From: Iphione sp. A-MEVVRFRX5
Lineage: Eukaryota
Assembly (NCBI GenBank): GCA_976226885.1
Contig: OZ320316.1
Location: 37,200,001 to 37,264,000 of the forward strand
Direction: 5' to 3'
DNA: 64,000 nucleotides
Shown here: positions 52,301 through 62,286 of the stretch, one piece after another
Position numbering within the stretch: the stretch's first letter is position 1
Layout: the number at the start of each line of letters is the position of its first letter
The notes under the pieces: model-generated
The model's input: the letters and a program-made list of their open reading frames with translations, nothing else
What the model was told of the DNA's origin: nothing
The model's database searches: none
Position numbers and translations under genes: made by a program

Positions 52301-55300
52301 CAATTTAACATAACCATGATACCTGCTTTCTATTGTATTATACACCCGAGACCTGTATCTAAGTCATTTTGGTGCTATGGTACTCTATATGTTTGGACAT
52401 CCTCTTTTCCTAACATCTTTAAATATCTCCTACAACCTGCATAGTTCATAGCGCTTAGTTTCTTGGCATGCTTCTCCCATAGTATATTTTGAAATCTTCT
52501 CCTCTCTCTCGAAAGGATCGTATGGGTTTTTCATTTCATCCCGAGAAGCAATGAGACACAATACTTAGGCAGAGTTACTCGTAAATATTCTAGCTATCTT
52601 ACAGTGATCATTTGCTCTCATAGGGAGGCATCGTCATTGTTGACAGTCCAGGTATTGGGGAGAGTCGTGAAATGACCCGGATGGTCAAGGAGTTTCTCCC
52701 GACAGCCTTTGCGTTCATCTATGTCGTCAACAGCAGCAACGCTGGTGGATTGCAGCCAGATAGGGTACGTATTTAACTACAGTCATTATTCAGCACATGG
52801 ATTTCCTACACCATATGAACGGTACTAGAAGTGTAGGAGTATCATAAATACTTCCAGTCAGTGTTAGTCTGTATGGTTATATGGCTATATCTACAATGAG
52901 TATATAAAATTATAAATGCCACTTTTCTACCAGAGAGTGCTCAAACGAATCCTATTAGAAGTCTGATTTGAGTGCCATTTTATACAAGACAATGTACGCA
53001 GTGTAACAATTAGGTTGGGGGTATGTATACAGACAATGGGAATGTCACTCAACGTTGTAAGAACTGTTTTGTGAAGTGTCACTTTCCGTTTTCCCCCAAA
53101 ACGTTCAAGTCTATATAGATTTCATATACGGGCGGATATACCAACAGAGAAGAAGCGAATCTCCGTCCGCAAACGATAGTTTAAGCAATATGGATTTTGA
53201 CATAAAGAGGGCTAGATATGGGCGACGATCGTATATTGATAATTACCCAATAACAGTAAGCATTTTGAGTTTGAAAAGTTTTAAATTGTATGGAGAATGT
53301 AGATGAATGCGCATAATGTCGCATTCATCTACATTCTCCATACATTTTGAAGCATTTTGCGAACAAACAAGTGATATTGAACAAGATGGTTTGAATTCAT
53401 TAAAAAATGAAAGTTAGCCACATAATAGATGGGGGAGAAGGCCGGGGGGTCAGAAGATCGGTTTCTGTATTCAGTAAGTCACCATGAACGTGACTTACTA
53501 CGACACAGGATTAAACCTGACTTAATCAGACCGACTATAGACATATGTGAAATCTATCTCATCTTTGTTGATCTAAAGAAAATTTTATTCAATAATCAAA
53601 ATTGAATTTGGACAACTTTGCTCGTAGTACGCGCTAGTGTTCCATCTCGCTAGTGCATAACGCACCGCATATATGACACTAGGATGGTGCAGTATCGCAG
53701 CCTCATGAATATTGTTTGTTTGGAATACTTTGCAGCTTCAGGACCTCCTGGCTGAAATAAGCCGTCAGAATGAGGACCACGTAGTCTTCAACCCCCGTTC
53801 AGCTATCTTTGTGTGTAACAAATGGGATCAGGTCCCCTCCGACGAGGCTGAGCAAGTGAGAGCAGATACAAGGACGAAGCTGCGCTCTTGCTGGACGGGA
53901 GTTCATCACTCACAGATATTTGAGATGTCCACTACCAAAGTAAGCCCTGACAAAGGCTTCCTTCCTCGGGAGAAATTATAATTGTGTTGGCTGTTCCTCT
54001 CTGATCTTTTCCACCTTTTCGGTGCGATTATTTCTCAGCATCCAAACTATGTAATGTTCTGGCCGTGACACATTATCCCGCTGTGTTTATCATCAATGTA
54101 AAAACGTTACGTCGCCCGCAGTCTTTTAATTTCAATTTTGATCTTTCATCCATTTAACGTGACGTTTATTTAATGACAGACCACAGAAAACCTCTTTCTT
54201 TCTATTAAATTCGTAATGGGAAAAGTTGAAAGACCAGTCGCAAATTATTGTCCAGGTAACACATTTGGTAGTTTTACTCAATGTTATTTTATGATACTGT
54301 GCCATAACCTCGTATATTTAGTTACTTGCCGGGCTCAGGTTCGTGTTTCATCGAGATTTACCTAATTGGCAGGCGAAGAAGTCCCTTCAGGAGTCAGGAT
54401 ACGTCACCGAAGACTTGGGCCGGCTCCTCGAGGGGATTGAGGCCTTGCTGCCCATTAGTCTGCGCTGTAAACTGGAGGTTCATTATAGGTATGGATCTCT
54501 TAGCGGCCCACTCTGGGCATTGAAATTGCACCTCTATCGAAGCAAGGCGTGCAGTGACCAGCACAATCAATAAACTAGCAGATGAGATATTATGGAAAGT
54601 CATGAGAGGGGATAATTTCAGAAAGCGCGCATTTTATAGCGTGGCAAGGCCCATATATTAAAGACATTTACTGTCGTATTCATAGCCTCCAAGAATGGAG
54701 ACATGTGCTTCGACAAGAAAATCGATAGCAATGCATTAGTCTGGAATTTCATTCAAATCCGCACTATACATCGCTTAAAGCATGAATTGCCTACATTAGC
54801 GATGGGCGACGATTTGCCACGACCGCCTGTATATTAAAGGAATGTGTTGAATATAAAGACTGACCATAACCAGTTGGGCCTTTCAATAAAATGCAACTCT
54901 GAATAGCCGGGTCATAGACATCAATGAAGAATTCCTCAGCTGAACATATATGTTTTTAGTGCAATACCAAAATCCATCTGTATTCATTACCACGGGAGAC
55001 AAATGCCTGTAATAGTCATTCTTTTGAAGGGTAGCCCCTCATATTGTGACTAGACCACATCGACGTCTGATTTACATGCATAACTTAATTAATACAAGCA
55101 TGATTTCCATATGCCTATGCATGTGTGTTTTCATAGCTGTGCCACTGTAAAAGGTTTACACTCTGAAAACTGGGGCACATGGCCAGAGTGTATCATGGTC
55201 CCTGTGATTCTATGGCAGTAAAAGCAGGAAAGCTGATGCAAATTTGGCCACAAATGGCAAAACTGAGGCTAATTGGGCTGTAAAATGGTAAACCGAGGCA

Positions 55301-55919
55301 AAGTCAGGGTAAATGTAGCAAAACTGATACAAATGTTGCTGTAAAACACTAAAACTGGTGCACATCTGGCCAAATATCAGTGAAAATCCAAAAACTGGTG
55401 CTATAAAATTCCAAAACTGATGCCATATTGTTTGGAAATGTGCCATTTTTGCCTGATATCAACCCCTAAAAATAACTTTTGCTATACTCTGTTCTGAAAC
55501 ACGGTCATGAAAATTGGGACATACCCCATTCCAAAATCATGACAGTGAAAACACACTACGCTTTAGATAAAGGACGAGGGCCCACAATTACGGGCTATAA
55601 TGTACAAGGTCTTTAGGACCGAATATAGTTAAAGAACCCGTAATTGTTGGTCCATGGACTTGATCTGATTTAAACTGCCCCTCCCTAAAACTGTAAGATG
55701 TACGGTGTGAGGATTGGGTTCACCGAGTTGATAGACGAGATGACTCTCGTGCCCTCCTTGAACTGAGCGAAGTGACGGATCGGTAGAGATAATTTCATGC
55801 CGCAGCCTCTCAGTCAGGGACATTACTGTACGATGTGTCAACTGACTGATACATGACCCTCTTTACGCTCGTACATTTTCAGAGGCTAATGAGAGTAATG
55901 TACGGATTGGAAAGAGAAA

Positions 55920-55990
<71 letters not shown>

Positions 55991-58900
55991 AACTCAACAA
56001 AAAAGAGACAGACGACGTGGAGGGTCTCCCCACACATTAATAAATTGATACAAGGATGACACATGAAATTAAGTACGAGGGCCTTTTCACAAGTCCTTTG
56101 TTGTTAGTAAAGTGACTAACGAGGGCCTTGCCACTGCAACTATCCCCTCGACCCCCCCCCCCCCCCCCACCCCTCAACTGAGGAATTTGCCGACGCATTC
56201 AAGAAGGTTTGATTGGGTCTTAACTGAACGATTTTAGAGAGAGAGGGATAAAAAGACAACTGAGCAATTTGCGGACCCAGTCAAGAAGGTTTGGCGTCTG
56301 CCGAGGACCATCACCACCACCCTGCTGGCCAAGTCATTCACGTGCCAATCAAGAGCCGTCACAATCAGTAACGATTTGCCACCATGTAGTGGGTGGGTGG
56401 GGCATGCTGTAACCATTGTGCTGGCTTTGAAGCGCAATTGACAGGAGCATTGTTCTTCACAGAGGCCATGTGCCACACATCGGTTCGAGTCTGCACCGTG
56501 CCCTGACAAGATTTCATCTCAGCAGACACAGAAACAACAGCAGAAGTGTGAGACAACTGTACAATTACGTACCCAAAAGTATACACCAACAAACACAATA
56601 GCACAGACATACGTCTATTTAACCTGTTTCCTTCTTCTTTTCACCGTTTCCTGCGATGCTCAGAGCGTCTATGTACGATTAGAATTCAAACAAACATCTT
56701 TATTATTGAATCTCTTACCTATGCATATCATCTTGGAACTAAAACAGCCTATATGCCAACTAGAACATGCTTTATACAGGTGGTTAGTGCAACTGCTTCG
56801 CCGATCGGCCTTTTACCTGCGGGTACACATCGCCAACGAGACGAGGTCGGACGAGGAGCGGAAGGAACTGACTGAGCATTTGACGAACCAGCTGGATCGG
56901 CTCGAGACGGAGGCGAACCGCGTCAGGACCGAGCTGAGGGATGACGTCTACGAACGAGCCCAGCGGGCCTGTGACGACCTCATCGAACACCTCGACTCAC
57001 CACCAACCAGGGCACGGTTACTGCTGTGGCAGGTGGGGTGAACTTAATCATGAATGTCCGCTCACACCTGACACCTGGGGAATATAGGCCTACAGTCTTT
57101 AATTTATCGCTGTCCATTGCTATTAGCTATACTCTAAGGTACATGTATGTAATTGCCTGAACGTATGCCTCGCCATGTCCGCCTTGTCTGTGCCCATCGA
57201 ATTTGTCTCTTTGTTGAAGTCCCCTTCCCCCTCTCTTGTCTCTCCCTCTCGCCGTCACTCTTTCTGTCTCTCTCTGCCTCTGTCTGTCTGTCTGCCTGTC
57301 TGTCTGCCTGTCTGTCTGTTTGCCTCTCTCTATTATTTATTCCCACTAGTGCTGAGTCACTCATTTGTCTCTTGCGCTGTCATTCCCGTTTGCCACCATT
57401 ATTTGTTGGGTCCCAGATCCAAGCCTGTAAAATTTAACGTCATCATTCTGTCACTAGAGGACGCCTCCAATTCAAAGAACAGCACCATCTGGTGTGTCCA
57501 TTGCACTTTACTAAGTGGTAACGGAAAATCGTGTTAGTAGTGATTTCTATTAATGAAACGGCACACACTTCTCAGCAATTAGATTTAATTCGACCAAAGA
57601 AACACACGTATCTGATTTTGGCTAGATGCAAAACAGACGTAAAATTCATGAAAGCTCGATCTGTACAACAGTGCGCCCGGCATACCACATGCAGACAGTG
57701 GCAATGAGCTACTGAGCTACAAAAATTGCAACCAGCAGGAAAATCGTAATAATCAAATGTACGTTTTACTCGCTCTATCACGCTACTTCCTGTCATAAAT
57801 AATGAGTCGTGCATAATAAATCGTGAATAATGAACCTAATGAATCGCGTACACCGAAATTTCATTATTTAATATCAGTGCAATACTCCTTAAACAGACCT
57901 CTGTTTTTTACACCTTGTATGTCTTTGTTAACCCAATAGGGACTGGAGATGCCTGCAGGCACTCCCCACATAGGTCCTGAAGATGCCTACAGGCACTCCC
58001 CACATAGGCCCTGAAGATGCCTCCAGGCATTATTTAGGTCACATTATATCATGATGTGTTTTTTGAATTTTGTGATTTTTCCCATAAAGAACATATCTAA
58101 CACAATTGTAATAGTGTAATTTTTCATTATTTTTATCAAAAATATATAATGATTTATGAATTATTATATTATATCCATTTATTGGATGTCAATAGTCAAA
58201 GCCTTAGTCCTTCAGGAGGATAAAAACCCCTATAGCCTAGCCCTATAGGGATTAAGTATCAAACCTGTCCCAGTCCTGAATGGGTTAAAATAGATATTTG
58301 TGGCGATTTCTTCTTTGGTTGATGATTACTTACTTATTAGGAAACTTTCATATGTACAAATGGGTTTCCCTCCCTTTGATCTTAAAATCTGATCTAGCTC
58401 GTTATTATAATACATGTATTTCAAAGAATAGACCTACGTAGGGCTTGAATAAGAACACGTACAGCATGTCATGCAATGAAGTCCTGTTGGACAGAGTCAT
58501 TGTCCAACCGAAAATTATTTATTTTCCTGTTTCCTACCTTCAGGAGAGTGAATGTCCTGATGGCTCAGATTGGGAGGCGCTCCAGGAGCTGCTCATTGCC
58601 AAGATCAACAAGCGAATACGTAGAGAGGTCAACGATTGGGACTCGCGCAATTGTGTATTCCAAGTAATTGTGTATTTAGTCACTGTGTGTAATTCCATAA
58701 CATGGATTTCGTGAATTGAACATGTGGTAGAGCAATGAATGGATACTCTCCAGTAAGTTGCAATTTTCACGTCCGTTGTTCTTCCTTTATATTCAGTCGT
58801 TAAGGAAAGGCTTAATCTATTTTATGAAACCTCATTTGATCATGGATGTACGTTTCGATTTAGATTATGGTCATCCTTTGTTGTTATCACGTAGGAAATC

Positions 58901-61900
58901 CAGATGAACATGCTCCAGAAGTTCCAGCAGGAGTTTGAGTTGATGGAGGACCAGCTCTCTGTGATCGAGGGTAACATGATGGGGACACGTAGTACTCGCT
59001 ATGACGCCCAGGCGGCGCTGCGCCAGATGCGCCTCCAGCGGCGCCCGAGTCTGACCAAGGGCCAGAAGATCGCCCTGGGCCTGGCGGCGCCCATACTTCT
59101 ACCGCTGGGCGTCGTCGCCGGATTCTTCGTTCTGCCCGTAGCAGGCGTGCGAGCGGTTCGGAACAAACTCAACGAGATGAAACTGCTCAAGAGCTACCGC
59201 GAGAACAAAGAGAAGACCCTGACCACGATGACACAGGAGATTCTCAACTCGTTCATCGACAAGAGCGCCCTGTCGCGGCTGATTCGAGAACAGCTGCAGG
59301 TCGTGACGGCCAACATGGAGACGATGCTGTCCTCTGTGCCCAACATCATCGAAGCTGACCGCATTCTTATTGAGAAGCTGCAGGAGGAGCGCAACCAATC
59401 CGAGGTGGCCCTCGCTGAGCAACTCCTGCCCATGTACCAGTTGTGCCTGGAGCACCAGGGCAAACTCGACCTCTTCTTTGCCGAAAAGATACGGACTTAC
59501 GACGTGGATTTTAAGGATCTGGACTGGGATCCGTCGCGGCCGCCCATCGCCTCGGGTAGCTTCGGGGATGTATACGCCGCCCTGTGGAAGAACGGCAACG
59601 GTAACGACAAGGATGTCGCCATCAAAATTCGCCGCGAGGCACTGGACCAGAGCAACATCACGGAGCTGCTCGTCGAAGAGGAGAACCTAAGGTAAGGAGA
59701 TTTGTGCATGTGGCTAGTCAAAGGACAGGGCATAAAACTATACATGTACAGTGGAATCTCAATTTACGACCACATCGATTTCTCCATTTCGACCATTCTC
59801 TATTTAAGACCACCTGAAGTGGGTACCAAAATGTTGTTTTCTATACATTTGATACCCTATTTACGACCAAATTCACTATTACGACCACTTTTTATGGGAA
59901 CAAAGGGGTGGTCGTAAATAGAGATTCCACTGTATCTCGATTAAGGATTTCCATGTTATTTTTCACTGTCCACTTCACCTACATGGATTTGGAGGAGGAT
60001 CACTTCTTATATCGTCCTTGCCTCATTTTGTGTAATGATAGTTTGTAGAAATAAGGTGTAAAGGCGGAAGATAGATTGGAAGCATTAACTGTGAGCAAGC
60101 CACTCGGAATAAAGGAATAGCACATGTGCGATATCGAAGTCAGCTACATGTATATATCTCCTAAACCATTGCACTTTCACAAATCAATCCCTGTTGTCAG
60201 CGCTACCGGTAAGAGATAGCTGGCTTTAAACACAAGGCTAAAAACTGCTTCGACCACCTTTCCTTTGTAACATTTAGAAAGCTGCATCACGAGAACATCG
60301 TCATCTACTACGGTACGTGTGCGCGGCGCCGAGATCCGGACGGCCAGCTACAGATCCTCATGCTGATGGAGAAATGCGAGGGAACACTCCGAGCAGCCAT
60401 CATCGGCAAGAAGGCCAAGAACCCGGGTAAAATCGTCGACAACCCATCTATGCAGTTAGAGGCCCAGCGGAGGGTGCGCAGCTACTGTCGTCAGTTATGT
60501 GCGGCCCTTGCTTACATGCACGAGCGAGGGCTGGTACACCGGGATCTGAAGCCACAAAATATACTGGTGACTATTATTGTGTACTTTGTATGGATTTCCA
60601 GTGTTAGAGGGACAAATATATTGCATCGTTTCCTCTTCGCTGTATCTAGTGCTACAAATGCATGACTTTTACCGGACTTCTGTTGTTTCTGTTGTTGAAT
60701 TATTTGCATGTAGATATTCTGTACTTTGCGTCAGCGTGTGTGAATTCTGCCAGCTTGAACCTGTTTTATATCAATTTTATCTGCACGAATTCTCAGACAC
60801 ACGCACACGAGATGCCGTCACCAAAGTCTCAGGTCTGTCTATTTCTTGTTGCATCCATCTCTATTTCTCACCATATAATTGCTGTATTAGCACTGTGCCA
60901 TCTTCAGAATCCCCTTTTCTTGATGATACCATCATCACCCAACGGACGCTATGATAGATCACAATGTCGCCCTCTGTCGACAGCTGGTGGTTGCCGGGGG
61001 AAATGGATCACATGGATCCTATCCAGCCTGAGCGCGCCCTGCCGGCAGACATGCTAATTGAGCATGAGCTGATGCGCCATGAGGGCTTTGGGGCGGAAGA
61101 TACTAGTAAAAAGGTGCTTTCTTTATGCTAGACCCGGTGTAGTCCCATCGTTGGGCTGGAGAGGTGGCTTCAGCAGAGAAAGATCACCTACGGTAGAGCC
61201 GGTAACCTGCCTTGCTGACGAATGAGCTTCCAATGCGACAGGCTTGTCTCTATCATTCAAATTGATCGCACTAACCCATCTAAATATTGGACGATGATTA
61301 GGTCTCATCACTCAAACACCAATATGTATTCCAACCGGCTCTCATTTGTCCCCCAAGGGATCCCACCTATCTATGCTTCTCTCTTAACCTCCCTCAGCGC
61401 GAAGATCAGTTTGATATGATCGCTCAGTGCTCAGCCTGACAGGCGTCATAGTTTCTGTACCTCAAATCTATGTGACGCGATTATCATATATGTAAGTAAA
61501 GCGTCGCACATCATTACTTCGAATCTCTCTGGTTGCCAAATTTATAAAGTGTAGAATGATCCCATATTTGAAATACAATTATTGAAGAATCGGTAGATTC
61601 GAGTCTTTAAACTAATGAGGTCTGACTGTATATACAGGTGTGCATGTATATGTTTCCAGACTCATCTGTGTTAAATTTGTACCTATGGCATCCCCATAGG
61701 TACGTATCCTCAGCGCCAGTGGACCTAATTTAAGCACGAGAGTCCATATCCCGCCAGGCAGATAGGTAGGGCAACTAAACAGATCTATAAGGCAGTGGAA
61801 TATGTCCCAGCAGCTATAACATATGCAACACCTTTAAGAATTATAACGGTTCATGTATCAATGGGGAGACTACTAAGATTTTTTTCTCTATTCGACCAGC

Positions 61901-62286
61901 TGAACAAGCTTGAAGTTGTGAAGATCGCCGACGTCGGTCTGACCAAGCCCGAACGCGACATTTCTGGCACGGTCTGCGGTTCGACGGCTTACGCGGCGCC
62001 TGAGGTCATTGAGGGCATTGAATACAACAAGGCTGCCGACATGTACAGCTTCGCTGTTATCACCTGGGAGCTGTGGTATGGGAGGACGGTGGCCGACGAG
62101 CTGACTGCTCTACATAAAGGTAGCGTGGAGACGGCGGTGAGGGCCGGCGCCCGACCAACCTTCGTGTCGGTGGCCCCGGCGCAGTCTTGGCGGGACGTTA
62201 TCGAGCTGTGCTGGAATGGTGACCCACGCAAGCGATTGTCAGCCGGAAGATGCTTTGACTTCTTCAACAGCTTGAAAGACATCTGA
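43139..62286 (+). CDS. 12-exon gene, 998 aa: N-terminal helical module + dynamin-like GTPase (BDLP/mitofusin type) + helical stalk with hydrophobic segment + DSTYK-related protein kinase
   Basis: join(43139-43333, 46510-46717, 48009-48111, 50683-50866, 52624-52764, 53736-53939, 54373-54488, 56780-57032, 58544-58663, 58895-59691, 60278-60566, 61900-62286) = 2997 nt. All 11 introns are GT-AG with matching phases and no internal stop. gccATGg start. GTPase motifs GEVSAGKS / LPTSLLSCT / DSPG / NKWD. Kinase motifs ASGSFG / VAIK / HRDLKPQN / DVG / YAAPE / DMYSF. Confidence 0.92.
46510..46717 (+). CDS. Dynamin-kinase coding exon 2
   Basis: tgcag|[26 protein letters not shown]...SDCHILVA(G)|gtactc; phase 0 to 1. 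Confidence 0.9.
47020..47170 (-). mobile_element. Possible degraded SINE core fragment in intron 2
   Basis: Minus strand AAGACCGCAGAAATCTATTCAAAAGAAGGCCAAGGGGAAACC resembles the core of the SINE at 33290-33330. No tRNA head recognised. Confidence 0.35.
48009..48111 (+). CDS. Dynamin-kinase coding exon 3 (P-loop/G1 and G2)
   Basis: ccacag|(G)[33 protein letters not shown](R)|gtaact; phase 1 to 2. Too short for the ORF track. Confidence 0.95.
50683..50866 (+). CDS. Dynamin-kinase coding exon 4
   Basis: taccag|(R)[12 protein letters not shown]...[14 protein letters not shown]|gtgacc; phase 2 to 0. Confidence 0.93.
50993..51170. mobile_element. TA-flanked MITE (pogo/Tc1-like) in intron 4
   Basis: TA-CAGTGAAACCCCTGTACTAAGGACA ... 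TGTCCATAGTACAGAGGTTCCACTG-TA: ~25-bp imperfect TIRs with internal CTCTATAAAGGAC subrepeats. Confidence 0.85.
52624..52764 (+). CDS. Dynamin-kinase coding exon 5 (G3 DSPG)
   Basis: tcatag|[47 protein letters not shown]|gtacgt; phase 0 to 0. Confidence 0.95.
53287..53344. repeat. Perfect 25-bp inverted repeat with 8-nt loop (intron 5)
   Basis: TGTATGGAGAATGTAGATGAATGCG-cataatgt-CGCATTCATCTACATTCTCCATACA. Confidence 0.95.
53736..53939 (+). CDS. Dynamin-kinase coding exon 6 (G4 NKWD)
   Basis: ttgcag|[33 protein letters not shown]...QIFEMSTTK|gtaagc; phase 0 to 0. Confidence 0.95.
54373..54488 (+). CDS. Dynamin-kinase coding exon 7
   Basis: tggcag|[38 protein letters not shown](R)|gtatgg; phase 0 to 2. 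Confidence 0.9.
55215..55425. repeat. Degenerate ~30-bp minisatellite (AAAACTG-anchored units)
   Basis: Recurring (a)aaactga/aaaactgg...aaat at roughly 25-40 bp spacing, about 7 units. Confidence 0.55.
55910..55987. repeat. (GA)n microsatellite
   Basis: About 32 GA units. Explains the ERERER and LSLSLS ORFs. Confidence 0.97.
56780..57032 (+). CDS. Dynamin-kinase coding exon 8 (helical/coiled-coil)
   Basis: atacag|(R)[17 protein letters not shown]...[11 protein letters not shown]|gtgggg; phase 2 to 0. Confidence 0.92.
57230..57330. repeat. (TGTC/TGCC)n and (TC)n simple repeat
   Basis: tgtctgtctgtctgcctgtctgtctgcctgtctgtctg within a pyrimidine-rich tract. Confidence 0.9.
57932..58284. mobile_element. 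piggyBac-like MITE (TTAA target duplication) in intron 8
   Basis: TTAA-CCCAATAGGGACTGG ... CCAGTCCTGAATGGG-TTAA. Internal 34-bp unit AGATGCCT(G/A/C)CAGGCACTCCCCACATAGG(T/C)CCTGA repeated about 2.4 times. Confidence 0.75.
58544..58663 (+). CDS. Dynamin-kinase coding exon 9
   Basis: cttcag|[40 protein letters not shown]|gtaatt; phase 0 to 0. Confidence 0.92.
58895..59691 (+). CDS. Dynamin-kinase coding exon 10 (stalk, hydrophobic segment, kinase N-lobe start)
   Basis: acgtag|[10 protein letters not shown]...[27 protein letters not shown]...[10 protein letters not shown]...VAIKIRR...EEENL(R)|gtaagg; phase 0 to 2. Confidence 0.96.
59749..59932. mobile_element. TA-flanked MITE (pogo/Tc1-like) in intron 10
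   Basis: TA-CAGTGGAATCTCAATTTACGACCAC ... GTGGTCGTAAATAGAGATTCCACTG-TA: 25-bp TIR with one mismatch and internal TTTACGACC subrepeats. Confidence 0.9.
60278..60566 (+). CDS. Dynamin-kinase coding exon 11 (kinase hinge to catalytic loop)
   Basis: atttag|(R)[14 protein letters not shown]...LMEKCEGTL...[13 protein letters not shown]|gtgact; phase 2 to 0. Confidence 0.96.
61900..62286 (+). CDS. Dynamin-kinase coding exon 12 (kinase C-lobe, stop)
   Basis: gaccag|[35 protein letters not shown]...[13 protein letters not shown]...CWNGDPRKR...LKDI-TGA. Confidence 0.96.
   Translation: MNKLEVVKIADVGLTKPERDISGTVCGSTAYAAPEVIEGIEYNKAADMYSFAVITWELWYGRTVADELTALHKGSVETAVRAGARPTFVSVAPAQSWRDVIELCWNGDPRKRLSAGRCFDFFNSLKDI

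Noticed and set aside
57940-58030. CRISPR-like 34-bp direct repeats
   Set aside because: The units are contiguous with no spacers, lie inside a TTAA-flanked MITE, and the context is eukaryotic with no cas genes.
58999-59745. Minus-strand ORFs of 63-118 aa overlapping exon 10 (likewise 61989-62291 over exon 12)
   Set aside because: Antisense shadow frames caused by the high GC3 codon bias of the real + strand exons.
43139-62286. Assigning the gene symbol DSTYK
   Set aside because: The kinase resembles DSTYK but lacks its signature residues as I recall them; orthology needs a phylogeny.
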